DNA of 63,585 nucleotides, filler included, from Craspedostauros australis (taxonomy: Eukaryota), in the NCBI GenBank assembly GCA_030167865.1. It is 19 parts of 19 records of this genome, joined end to end, with 100 filler letters (N's around TTAATTAATTAA, not from the genome) between each part and the next. Parts side by side here need not be neighbours in the genome. Positions count along the whole stretch, not along the records: positions 32,461 to 38,337 come from JALAGF010001143.1; positions 38,438 to 39,895 come from JALAGF010001145.1; positions 39,996 to 42,555 come from JALAGF010001146.1; positions 42,656 to 49,723 come from JALAGF010001147.1; 15 more parts are not named here. One strand, written 5' to 3'. Within the stretch, counting starts at the first letter, position 1. Every line of letters starts with the position of its first letter. Positions 37,594-49,001 of the stretch are shown piece by piece. The translations under genes and the position numbers were made by a program. The notes under the pieces are model-generated. The model searched no databases and was not told where the DNA came from. It was given only the letters and a program-made list of their open reading frames with translations.

Positions 37594-38337
37594 ATGATAC
37601 AAGCCTCCAAACGCTCTGCGTACAAAAACATGTCCCAAGTTCCAGAATCCGAATTCTCCACCTTCATCGGACAGCAGCTCATGGATGTGGCATCCGGTGA
37701 CAACGCCGCAGCCAAGACATCCTCCAAGCTCACGCTGGACCACCTCATGGCAGGCCTGCAGGACACGAAGGGCTTTTCCGATCTGCAAAAGACCATGGCC
37801 GCCGACAGTCGCAGCAGCGCCGTGCAGACCACCCTCGCTCCCATGGCGCGCGTCAAGGCCAACCGTCTGCAGCGCAAGGAGGCCTACGGACAGCAAAAGA
37901 AGGAGATGGGTGGCTGGACGCAGGCCATCCAGACCAACCGCAAGGCGGAGACCTTGGACTTCAAGGACAACACGGGTGCGCATCGTGCCGAAACCAGTGT
38001 CACGAAGGACACCTTCGTCGACAAGTTCGAAGCGTCCAATGACTTTGAACGCGAGCTGGAGCAGGCCCTGGAGGAGCAGGCCAAGCAACAGGAGGTTGCC
38101 GAAGGTAAGGCCGGAAAAGGAGGAGGCGATGGCTTTGATGACAACGACGACGACGACGACGACGATCTTGGACGAAATGAGATCACCATGGAGGAATACA
38201 AGCACCGCCACGCTCAGCTGGCGCAGGTCCGCGCATTGCTGTCCTACCAGGAGCAGAAGCATCAGTACATGAAGAAGATCAAATCCAAGACCTACCGCCG
38301 CATCCGCAAGCGCCAGCGCGAACGCCAAAAGGAGAAG
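37594..38337 (+). CDS. UTP14: Utp14, N-terminal part, 3'-partial, start uncertain
   Basis: ESEF..LTLDHLM..RLQRKEAY..W...IQTNRKAETLDF..RALLSYQEQK..KKIKSKTYRRIRK. Confidence 0.88.
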
Positions 38338-38437
38338 NNNNNNNNNNNNNNNNNNNNNNNNNNNNNNNNNNNNNNNNNNNNTTAATTAATTAANNNNNNN
38401 NNNNNNNNNNNNNNNNNNNNNNNNNNNNNNNNNNNNN

Positions 38438-39895
38438 GCTGGGGTTGAAGTCGTGTACCCTCTTCATCAGAGAGTCGACCTCCATACCTCGGATCCAGTC
38501 GTTATCGTAGGTATTGAGGAGCTCATTCCAGAATAGGATGCCGTCCTCGGTGAGGAGTCCTCTGGTGGCGAGTCCATGTGCTGGGCCGCCGGCGAAGACA
38601 GAGTATAGTCCCGCGAATAGGGTNNNNNNNNNNNNNNNNNNNNNNNNNNNNNNNNNNNNNNNNNNNNNNNNNNNNNNNNNNNNNNNNNNNNNNNNNNNNN
38701 NNNNNNNNNNNNNNNNNNNNNNNNNNNNNNNNNNNNNNNNNNNNNNNNNNNNNNNNNNNNNNNNNNNNAGGAGGTGGGCATGGATTTGGTGTTTCACCAC
38801 TTGGAAGGATGCCGCATCACTCGTGAATTTGACGGAGTCAGGGATGGGGCGTCGCTTCGTTAGCTTGGCCTGGGCGACTGGTGGTTCGCTGCGAGTGGAT
38901 CCTCGATGGGGTGTATACCCGGGTTCGTGTTGCCCGTGTGGGGTGTTCGGGCCCATGTTGCGTGGGTTATGTCTTCCGGAACCTCCATTGGGATCGGTTG
39001 GGCGGTACCCATACGCGGGTGGTCGTGGTGGATACCCGGGGTGAGGGTGTCCAACGGGGGTGAAGGCTCCTTGTGGCATTGGAAAACCTCCGGCTCCATG
39101 GGGAAAATGGCCAATGGGGATAGGGATTCCGATGGGCGGGAATCCTCCTGGATGGGTTCCGTGGTACGTCGGGAGCGGTGGACCATGAGGGAATTGGTTT
39201 CCCATGGTAGGGGAATGCCCATACGGGTTGCCGCCGTGGTGTCCATGGTTAATTGGGGGTCCATGGTTGTCACGGTGCGGGCGGTTTGTCCCATGGCTCG
39301 CGGGTGGGTTGCCGGCAGGGTTTCGGTTCACGGGTTCGTTCCCGTTGTTGCCTCGATAGTTACCCACGCCGTGTGAGGCTGGTGTATCCGCAGTACCGTG
39401 GTAGGGATGCGGGTTACGATCGTGGGGTGGGCGGTTCCTGTCGTTCTCTGGGTAGTTCATCCGGGGTGGGTTGGTACCTCCTGGGCCTCCGGCGGTCGTG
39501 TCGGGGGCGAAGGTTACTACCTTGGCGCCGGTTGGGTTGCGGTTGTAATCGCCGATCGTCGCGGGGTCTACGTTGGGGAAGAGTCGGTTCCGTCCCGTGG
39601 GGCCGCGGTTGTCGGGTACGTCTACGGTATCGTCGTTACCAGGGTGTTGGTCGTAGTTGGTGCCTGGTTCGGTATCTTCGTTGGGCGGAGTGGTGCCGCG
39701 GGTGTCGATGATCACTGGTGACGTGTTTTGTGATCCTTGCTTGGCGATGCTGGAGAGTTGGGTTTCGTTCTGGAAGTTGGGTGGGGTACGGTGCGGTGTA
39801 TTCCCACCAAACATGAGGGAGAGCCCAGATGGGGTTCCTCCTGGGTGGCTGTCGTTGTCGCGTCCGGTTCTATGGGTAGATGCTTCTGACCCAGA
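38438..39895 (-). mobile_element. Probable CoDi-type copia gag fragment with a long Pro/Gly/His-rich N-terminal region
   Basis: The frame is open across the contig. IPDSVKFTSDAASF and LFAGLYS..EDGILFWNELLNTYD resemble CoDi gag cores. Confidence 0.55.
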
Positions 39896-40220
39896 NNNNN
39901 NNNNNNNNNNNNNNNNNNNNNNNNNNNNNNNNNNNNNNNTTAATTAATTAANNNNNNNNNNNNNNNNNNNNNNNNNNNNNNNNNNNNNNNNNNNNGTTCG
40001 TCTCTGGTCTCTGCCTCGGCTGTTTGCGTTGGTGTTGACTGATTCGATCCTTGGTTGGAGGGAGAGCGCTGGAATCCCCCCTGGCAGAGGGAGAGTATCT
40101 TCCTCTCGGTGCCCCCTGTTTTTTTCGTCACAGGTGGCGGAAAAAGAGGGCTCCCCCCCCCCAAAAGAGAAAGAAGTGGAAGAAAAAGAGGAACAACGAG
40201 AAAAAGTGAGCTGCCGACAA

Positions 40221-41918
40221 TCACATGCAAAGCGCGGTGATCCGCAACCGGTCCGCGAGTGGCCACTGCAGATACGCCGTAGGCATATCCTCGTTAGCGC
40301 GCTGTCGTCGCCAGCGCCCGTGTTCGGAGACCTCGAGTTTGGTGGCCGCTCGCATACATCCCGGCCGCTTCCGGGAAACGTGGGTGCGTCCCCCTCGCCG
40401 ATACATGTGAAAAGAGTAGAACCGCGTGGGAATGGGTACTTGCTCCGCGCCGATGGCCGACCGTAGAAAGGTGTCGCCCCGCTGTTGTTGCTCCAGCAAG
40501 GATGGATACACGAACGTCGTGCGGTAGAATTGCGACGTCCACGGTTGCCCCGAGGGATGGTGCGCCACGAGGTCGGTTGGGACACAGTTATCCCGATCCG
40601 CGCGTGCGCGAAGCATCCAGTCGCCGAGACTGAGGCCGGACGAGGTGCGGAAAGCGATGACGACGTCGGCCTGCCGACTGCGATCGGACTTCGTCTGCAT
40701 GGCCAGGCGTAGTAGTACTGCGCCCGTGTTCGGTGGGAGGTCGTTGTTGCTGGCGTCGCGTGGGTTGAGAATGGTGACATCCGACCACGCGATACCGAAG
40801 GTTTCCGCAGCTCGTAGCCATCCCAACCAGCCGATGAGGTTGATGATGCCCGCCATAGCCGCTGTCCGCCGCTGTTGTGGCGTGACTGCATGTTGGTATT
40901 GGTGGAGGAAACTTCGGTCCATAAAGTGGACGTGACGAGAAAGCAAGGCAGCTGAGGGCCGCGAGTCTTCACCGAGCCGTGTGCGCATGCCCTGTGTCAG
41001 CATCGCATATCCGAGATGGTCGGTAGGGAGGCATGCGTCGACGATGATGGGTCGTTGTTTGGCGTCGAGCATGGCACGTTCGGGGTGCGAGATGCACATG
41101 TTCCACGCGCCAAAGGCCGATGCAGCGCTGCGTAGCCCCCGTACGGTGCTGAATTTGATGGTCTGGTCGTCGAGTGCGTTCTTGCGAGAGGGCGCCTGTG
41201 TGGCGTAGTGCTCCTGCGCCCACATGATCGGGATCGTGTCGGAGCAGGGTGGCGCCTGGATGTCGGGTGGTTGCATAGTCGGGATGCCGTATTGCAGACC
41301 GAACTTGCGCAACACTTGAATCTTGCTGCTGTATGTAGTGAGTGTGCCGGCTGCCCAGTTGTGTGCCATGTCGATGATGCGCATGCGCTCCAAGCGGAGG
41401 AGGTGATAATCGGTGGGGCTGGGGACCAGCTCCCGCTGGAGATGCACTCGAACCGTGCATGCTTCACAGACAAAGAGACCCAGGATGCCGAGGTTGGGTG
41501 GCAGCACCAGGCCCTTATGATTGCGGAGACGCGTGCGGAAGGGAGGTCCGACTCGACAGCACAGCTTGTGGTATCGGGTATAACATGGCTGGTAGGAGGC
41601 ACCGCCGTGAGTGAACCCAATGTCGGCGAAGTGACACTGGTGCGCGGCAGTGCGCTGATTGATACTCCTAGCACAGCCCGTGCAAACGCTCGGCGATCCG
41701 TTGGTGATGCCGCCGATTCCGGGAGCGGGGAGCAAAGTCCAATCTGGGAGGTGTGAGGGAACGAGTGTGTGGAGAGACGCGGAGGAGGAGGTTAGGAATG
41801 TTGAGAGGAGAAGAAGAAGAGAGAGACAGGTCGTCATTGGTGAACACTCCGACCCGGATGAGATGACGTGAGAGTCGGACGAAAGTGCGTTGGAGCACTC
41901 TGGGGACGAGGATGACAA
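40221..41918 (-). CDS. Tyrosine recombinase of a DIRS/Ngaro-like retrotransposon, with an N-terminal Cys/His finger
   Basis: Catalytic set LRAAE, HMYRRGG, HGRW and MPTAY. It overlaps the RNase H ORF in another frame. The true start is uncertain. Confidence 0.9.
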   Translation of the reverse strand: MSSSSPECSNALSSDSHVISSGSECSPMTTCLSLLLLLSTFLTSSSASLHTLVPSHLPDWTLLPAPGIGGITNGSPSVCTGCARSINQRTAAHQCHFADIGFTHGGASYQPCYTRYHKLCCRVGPPFRTRLRNHKGLVLPPNLGILGLFVCEACTVRVHLQRELVPSPTDYHLLRLERMRIIDMAHNWAAGTLTTYSSKIQVLRKFGLQYGIPTMQPPDIQAPPCSDTIPIMWAQEHYATQAPSRKNALDDQTIKFSTVRGLRSAASAFGAWNMCISHPERAMLDAKQRPIIVDACLPTDHLGYAMLTQGMRTRLGEDSRPSAALLSRHVHFMDRSFLHQYQHAVTPQQRRTAAMAGIINLIGWLGWLRAAETFGIAWSDVTILNPRDASNNDLPPNTGAVLLRLAMQTKSDRSRQADVVIAFRTSSGLSLGDWMLRARADRDNCVPTDLVAHHPSGQPWTSQFYRTTFVYPSLLEQQQRGDTFLRSAIGAEQVPIPTRFYSFHMYRRGGRTHVSRKRPGCMRAATKLEVSEHGRWRRQRANEDMPTAYLQWPLADRLRITALCM

Positions 41919-42555
41919 ATCCAGTATCCAATGGCTGCTCCGCCCAGCACCCCAGTAGGAAGTAGATCAGTTGATAGGCCAGTTCTGGCGGCGGTGCCCA
42001 CAGGGTGATGCAGTTCATGCAGCTCTCTGGGTTCCACGGGCGGTCCCATCGACGTAGCAGTACAGTCGTGAGGGTGTCGGGGAAGGCGAGGGACGCGATC
42101 CGGGAGACATGCCGTTGTTGGAGTGGTGCCGGGGCCAGACATGCGGATAGGATCTGCGATGAGGTCGGTCTCTGATGGGCCGCATTGATCCAGATCCCAC
42201 GGCTGAGTCCGTCAGTCCCTTCTGTGATGATGGCGGTGCCAGGGATGTGGATGACTTGAAGGTGACACGACAGGTGAAGCTCGAGCTGCTTGATCTTTCG
42301 AACCATCTTGTGCAGTTCCGGTGATGTGGAAGTGCCTCCATCGACAACACAGTAGGTGCACATGTTGTCGGTGAAGTAGAAGAAGGTGGCGCCGAAGACG
42401 TCCATGGCAGATGCTGGGTTGTTGGCGACCTGCTGCAGAGTGCTGAGTAGGGTGCGTAGCTCCTTCCAGTTGGATGAGTGGCGTGTTGCCACGAGGGAGG
42501 ACCATGTGCCCATCCACATACATGAGGGTTGACTGGGGAAGAGGATGGTGCCACC
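41668..42555 (-). CDS. RNase H C-terminal part of the RT-RH ORF of the same YR retroelement, 5'-partial
   Basis: SSNWKELRTL, YFTDN and HIPG....TDGLSRG are DIRS-type RNase H motifs. Confidence 0.88.
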   Translation of the reverse strand, partial: GGTILFPSQPSCMWMGTWSSLVATRHSSNWKELRTLLSTLQQVANNPASAMDVFGATFFYFTDNMCTYCVVDGGTSTSPELHKMVRKIKQLELHLSCHLQVIHIPGTAIITEGTDGLSRGIWINAAHQRPTSSQILSACLAPAPLQQRHVSRIASLAFPDTLTTVLLRRWDRPWNPESCMNCITLWAPPPELAYQLIYFLLGCWAEQPLDTGFVILVPRVLQRTFVRLSRHLIRVGVFTNDDLSLSSSSPLNIPNLLLRVSPHTRSLTPPRLDFAPRSRNRRHHQRIAERLHGLC

Positions 42556-45353
42556 NNNNNNNNNNNNNNNNNNNNNNNNNNNNNNNNNNNNNNNNNNNNT
42601 TAATTAATTAANNNNNNNNNNNNNNNNNNNNNNNNNNNNNNNNNNNNNNNNNNNNTTGACTGATAGCCGCATTGAGCGATTGAGCGCGGTCGACTTTCCT
42701 TGGCTGGCCCGGCCTCATCAGTCCATGCCGAGTGCGCAGGTCGGACGGGATGAGCGATATCAACGGAATCAACGGAATCGACGTGCTGAGGGACGTTCCA
42801 TCAAGTTATGACGAGGAGATGGAGATGAGATGGAGGACGGTTACGATCATGGCGATTGCAGAGGCAGCTTCACTCCGTCTTCGATGGGCCTGCCTTGTGT
42901 GATTCCCATGGACGCCGATTTGTTGGCGGCTGCAACATCATTGTATGGTAGGGTACATCATTGTCCATCATCGTGCATCATGGTCATCATGGTGCATAAT
43001 AGTAGTAGTAGAGGAGTGCTCTATGGTATTCCGTCGCTCCCATGTATTGTGCAATACGTACGAATGCACCATAGCTCGTACAGAGTCTGGTGCCAATCCA
43101 GTCCCCAGTCAGTCACGACAAAGCGCAACCATCCAAACGCTTCCGAACCCGAACCACGTCACGTTCCAAACCCAGCCTTCGGCGAGCCTCGCCGAAGGTG
43201 AAGGAACTGCAGGAACAGTCCAGGACAAGGAACACAATCTGTGGATCCGAGTAGAAAGACGCCGCAAGGCCGCACATCACCGCGATCACCGCGGCGAATC
43301 AGGAGGAAACGAAACACCTGCAACAACCAATGCAGCTCCTCATAAATACTAATTCACAACCTTGATCATTGCACACCATCGTATCAGCATCTGGACTACC
43401 AATAGTAAGATGCGACGATGGCAGGAGATGAGAGAGAGAGTGTGTGGTCTTTGGACGGAGTTGGTCACACCCGCGGGCCACTTGCGGGTTCCGTGTCTGC
43501 GAAGGGGAGTCTCACTGGTGGTCGAGATCTGGCAAAGGCATTCCTTTTCTTCCATTGCTTTCGGCGCTAACAACTGCGCGGATCCTGGAAAGCACAGAGC
43601 TCTCCGTTGGTCGCTTGTCGGCGTTTGCCGGTTCTCAAATGTTTGTGATTGGCGCACTCGTTGATCCGATTGCGGATGGATGGATGGATGGATGGAGTGA
43701 TGGATGGAGTGATAGCAGATTCAAAGCAGCATCCAGCCACCCATAAATGTAGGAGTATCACAGGCCCGTGCTTGCCAGGCGATAGAAGCAACGGTGACGG
43801 AGACTGTGCTGAATCGCGACGAGAAGAAGTGCACTCTGCCTCTTCCGTCGTTCTTGGCAGAGGAACAGAATGATGGCGTGGCCGTCCAGATGGGAATCAG
43901 AGACGTCAAACCTTGCGACCACGGTTCAGGAAGTAGAGAGGGCCACCAACCATCCAGTTCTGTCTTTGCGCATCTTGACACCTTTCGGTTGTTGGTTCGT
44001 TCGTTCGCTCGTTCTCGTCGCACGGGTATTGTACCAAACCAAGCGACGCATTCAGGTTTTGCCGCTGTTCCTGAGGAGCATCGATCTGGACAATTGGCCA
44101 CATTTTGATAGCACGATGCTGACGTGCTCGGCAGTGGCGGTGCGACGGACGCAGGCGTCTTTTGCGTGGCCGCATCCAACCAATTGCACCGCCGATGAGC
44201 ACGAGCGCGGATAGCGCTGACGAAGAGGACGACGACGTTGACGACGAGGATGGGCACGATGCCAACAAACGCAATCAATGAAGTGGACGGAGTGATCGAT
44301 TTTCCTTGTGCTCGTACTCGTATGGTACGTATGGTATGTATGGCAGCTTATATGGTATTGGAATTGTTCTCGTCGTTGGCTCAACTTCTTCGGGCCTTGA
44401 GTCGGTACCGGTCAGTCGCAAAGGCAAGCACTTCGGATGTTTATTATCGTTGTCAGTGGTGTCGTTGTGGTTGTTGTTGGACTCCGTTGGTCGCGATTCC
44501 GGTTGACGTCAACGACCTACAATCCAGTCCTGGACGTGGGAAGTCAACCTGTTGTTGTGTCACTACCTCCGGAAAGTGCGTCATTCATTCGTGGCATTCA
44601 GACGTGTAGTGTTGATGTAGGATCTTTGGTAGGAGTTGTGGAGCTAACAACATAGAGCATCCTTCAGATTTGTAACGTGAGCGTCGGATCACCGATGCAA
44701 CCCGGCTGGATACTTATTGAAATACTCCACAGAAATCTTCGGTGCCTTTTTATTACAAAACGTATGTTAGCACTTTGCAGAGTGCTACTTGAAGTTGGGA
44801 AATGTTCATAAGTGGACGAGTACATAACGAAGCCTCGCAACAGTGTGACGATTGCTTGTACTTCACGCCAGAATTGTCCAGGTGCGCACAAAACAGATGA
44901 CTGTGGCCGTCGCGCTCACAAACCAAAGAGTTCTCCGGAGCACGATTTACCAAATGCTCCACCAAGACAAACACATCAGTGAGAGCCATCAATCCGTGAT
45001 GCCTCCAGCAACACCATCGAAATGGCCACGACATGTCATAAGATGAAGGACCGCTCACCAGCCCTTTCGATCGATCTCTTTTCACTCCAGTGCTGTGTTG
45101 AAGTCCCGTTACCCCCTGCGCTCCGAATTCTCTCACTGCACGATCACACTACTTCGAAGACACAACAAAAAGAGCGGAGCCGAATTGATCAACGCAAGCA
45201 CACACCCCGCAAGTGGCTCTCCGGCATCAGCAACTTGCTTGAAAACAAACGGGCGCCATCTACAACACACAGGATCACACACCAGTGCCATTGAGCACAC
45301 CTCATGCGGAGAAGAATCAGACTCACACGCACATCGCATTAATACAACAGCGT

Positions 45354-47030
45354 ATGTCGGGACTTTCACACACGCACCTCACAGGCACCGACACAGACCG
45401 ATGCAATCCCGACGAAGGCATAGCACCACGTGAGCGAGAGCGAAATGGTTACAGGAGCAAACCCACGATCAACGATGAAAGTATCGACAGCAACGATGAC
45501 AACAAACACACGACCAATAGCAGCGGCAACAGCGGCAGCAGTGAAGTGTCTGAGTGGCAACCGATGCCGATTGGAGCCGGGCCCATGACAGTCGTGTCTT
45601 CCGTGCACATCAGCGACACTTTTCGGAGCCAAGAGCAGCTCGCGGAGCTGAAAGGCTTTCTCAGCATTGTCTTTGCTCCATCATCAAGAGCAATGCGAGT
45701 GATCACTCCAGCGGACGTGACTGGAATTCAGTTGCCTCCATCGCCAACACCTACTGCGATCGAAGTCACCAACAACCCTCCGCATCGTGTATCTACCAAT
45801 CGACAACGCCTGCATAAACAGAGGCGGACAAGGCACCAATACGAATTCATTCACGATCAGTTCGAAGTCGGTGATATCAACTCTCGCGCTCTTGAGCGCA
45901 ATCACGATATTGTCGATGATGCTCGGTACATTCAAATTCTCGAATCGCCAGGCAGACTACTACTTGACAACACAACCACAATGAGCAGCAGCGCAAATGA
46001 TTCACAACACTTTCATTTCGAGTCTCTTCGTCTTGATACATGGGATGAGACCGACGAAGATTCCTGGATCAACGAGCTTCAGGTGTCTGGCGAGCGTGCA
46101 GAAACGGATGACATTGGCATCGGCTATGCGCAGTATCTTGAGCACACAGATCAAGTTGAACAGTCCATTGAGGATGAGCAGGTGGCGAAGGCGCAGCGGC
46201 ATCTCGATTTTTCCATGACAGCCGGCGGCTCTGCAAAGGATGTTCTGACAGTGGACTATTCGGACATCAGTATCTGTGTCTCCGATGCTGAGGCGACCGC
46301 GGTGGGTGAAGGGAATGCGGTGCAAGGGGCCATTTTTGCGAACGCCGACCAAGAAATACAAGAGATGGCATCAACAGCCGCGGCATCACTGTTCCCAGAG
46401 CCCTCTCGGCCACCACGAAGGCGAGAGCAAGCACATGCGAGGCAGCATGCTCCAACCTCTTCTTCACTGGCTTCGTCTTTGCCTTCCACAAGGAGGAAGC
46501 AGAGATCCGATACAAGTAGATCCCAGAGTGGTATCAAGTTCCGCCAGTACCAATCCGACCAGTGGGATGTTCGCTATCATGAGCTCATCCAATTCCACAA
46601 GCACCATGGACACTGTATTGTGGGGTCGAGGGATGGTAAAACGCTCTCGCATTGGGTCAAGCGACAGCGGTATCTGTACAAGCAAAAGCAGGACGGTCGG
46701 CACTCGACTCTCACCGACGAGAGGCAGGCGAGGTTGGAACGCCTTGGCTTCGTGTGGGACTCTCACGATGAGGCATGGGAAAATCGATTCAACGATTTGA
46801 TGCTGTACAGAGCCAGACACGGGCATACAAACGTCCCCGCGCACTTCTCGGAACAGCCGCCCCTTGGCATTTGGGCGAAGGTCCAACGCCGTCAGTATCG
46901 CCTATACCGCAGTGGCCAAAGGTCAACGTTGACAGAAAGGCGCATTGAACGTCTGAATGAGGTGGGCTTCCCTTGGCTGGCGCAGCCCAACCAGACGGCC
47001 GCAAACAGATCATCGAAGAAGCGCAAGTGA
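45354..47030 (+). CDS. Helicase-associated (HA) domain protein with two C-terminal HA domains
   Basis: W..RY.EL..F...HGHC.V..L..WVKRQR..RLERLGFVW, followed by a second copy ending LNEVGFPW. Long disordered N-terminus; start uncertain. Confidence 0.88.
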   Translation: MSGLSHTHLTGTDTDRCNPDEGIAPRERERNGYRSKPTINDESIDSNDDNKHTTNSSGNSGSSEVSEWQPMPIGAGPMTVVSSVHISDTFRSQEQLAELKGFLSIVFAPSSRAMRVITPADVTGIQLPPSPTPTAIEVTNNPPHRVSTNRQRLHKQRRTRHQYEFIHDQFEVGDINSRALERNHDIVDDARYIQILESPGRLLLDNTTTMSSSANDSQHFHFESLRLDTWDETDEDSWINELQVSGERAETDDIGIGYAQYLEHTDQVEQSIEDEQVAKAQRHLDFSMTAGGSAKDVLTVDYSDISICVSDAEATAVGEGNAVQGAIFANADQEIQEMASTAAASLFPEPSRPPRRREQAHARQHAPTSSSLASSLPSTRRKQRSDTSRSQSGIKFRQYQSDQWDVRYHELIQFHKHHGHCIVGSRDGKTLSHWVKRQRYLYKQKQDGRHSTLTDERQARLERLGFVWDSHDEAWENRFNDLMLYRARHGHTNVPAHFSEQPPLGIWAKVQRRQYRLYRSGQRSTLTERRIERLNEVGFPWLAQPNQTAANRSSKKRK

Positions 47031-47117
47031 GGATACGTTAGTTTGATCCGTACCGAACGCAATACATCCTCATACAAACTCGTACATACTCGCAACATTC
47101 TCGTAAATACTCCATAT

Positions 47118-49001
47118 CCATGAGGAAATTCTGTCGCGATAGAGGACCCCTGATGTCTCAGGAGACAAACTTTTTGACCTTTGTGCGAGGGCCTTGTCTC
47201 CTGAGACAAAACCAAAAATAACACGACGTTTCCTCGCGATGGGAAAAGTGGTCGACCAGTTGGACTAAAACTAGAATTGGACGCTCGTCTCGTCGCACAT
47301 TTTCTTCGTGTATTTTCTTCGTACTTTTTTGTTGTCCACGTTTTCACGTAGTAATGGCGTAGTTTCAGACACTCGCCAGGTGTTGTTGTTGTTCGCATTG
47401 CATATGAAGGTGCTTGCTATCTAGTTGTATGCAATACCATTACTAATGACACACTGGTGACTATCACTTGTTCCTCTGCACCATTCCAGTGCCATAAGGT
47501 GGTGTGGGAGCACTGGTATCAATGCCATGCACTGCAGCAACGGTGGCCCAGAGGTCGCCATGAGGCAGGTTGTGATGAGTTACAGTGCTGACTATAAGAT
47601 GAAGCAAGGAGATGAGGTGCTACCACTGCAGCCTCGGAATGCCTGCCAATGACAGGCAAGGGTGCCACTGACATAGGGACTATATCAATTTGTATTGGGC
47701 AAATGCACAGAGTGATTGGTGTCCCTGTCAATCAAGTTCCCGCAGAAGTAGGCACGTGGCTTTGCAGGCGATGGTAACATGCCTGCCTGGGGGCATCCAA
47801 CACAGAAATACATGCAGACAAGTAGAGTGCAACGAGTGGAAGGAGGGTTCTGGTGAAAGGAACTGAGATCTGCAGAGAGCACATGCATGTCAACTCGATA
47901 GCCGTTCTGCCTCGTGCCCAACACAAGATCAAGCAGGCCGCACAAACGCGCCTCTAGCAAAGGCCGGACAAACAAGTAAACAGCTTAATCCTTGAGTTCT
48001 ATATGCGCCAATCCAGTGCCAGAATGTCACCAGCAACTGGTCTCATTTCATTGCGTTTCGATTGCAGATGTGACCCTTTCCGTTCCTACTTGCTTTTGTT
48101 CCATGGCTGTCACAGGTCTCACACATTGCGTCAACACCGCATTCTTACGAATACCCTGTGCCATGGTCGATTTCTAAATCAGCGTTGCGCTCCTTTGCAG
48201 TTGGATCCAATCTCTGACAATCGCACGAAAGATTGGGGTTTTGTATTTGTGCTCATGTCATCCAAGAGGAGACTTTTTGTTCTTCCCATGTCTATGACCG
48301 CCATGCAGTGAATGATGGAGTATTGCTTTTTCAATGCAAGAGAGATGGAATGAATAGTAGCTTGTACTTGCAAGGTATTGTGGGGAATATTGCAAGTGGT
48401 GAACTTGCCATGACGGATGGGCACGGGCAAGCATCAATCTTTGCACTCGCCACAATGCTGGAGAGACGGCACGAAGCCAGCAAACAATGGATGTGCCCTT
48501 CCAATCGAGCAGGAGCAATAATGGTCTACAAAGCAATCAACTGGAGAGGTCGGTTTGCAAGATGAACGGATCCAACAGAACTGGAGACGAAGATACCTGA
48601 CTCTTGCCCGCTCGATCCCATAGCAAGCAAGTACAGCAACAGCTAGACAACACCATGCATGTATTACGCAAGATCTATGTCATTCATATGCTCTGCAGTG
48701 AGTTGTTTAGTCAGATATGCAACAAAGCCAACATATCACTGCTGATGGTCAAAAAGCACGGGAAAAGTACACAGTATTTCTCTTGTTGGTCGTGAAAGCA
48801 CAGGAGACAATTGAGGTTTTGGGTGTTGTTGTTTTTGGTTTTACTCGATTGAGTCCGCTGTCTTTCGGTTCCGTGTTAATTTACCACACTAATTTTGAGT
48901 TTGTCTCCTGAGACAACANTCTTGGTCCACATCCGGGTGCCTTGTCTCAGGAGACAAAAAGGCCCGATTTTGTCTCCTGAGACATGAAAATTTCCTCATG
49001 G
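47118..49001. mobile_element. Non-autonomous TIR DNA transposon (piggyBac-like), 1884 bp, ATAT target duplication
   Basis: Perfect 13-bp TIR CCATGAGGAAATT at 47118-47130 and 48989-49001, ATAT on both sides, and five subterminal TGTCTC-NN-GAGACA palindromes. No intact ORF. Confidence 0.85.

Noticed and set aside
42656..45280. Many short overlapping ORFs and a (GGAT)n tract
   Set aside because: No recognisable domain or consistent frame. Treated as intergenic.
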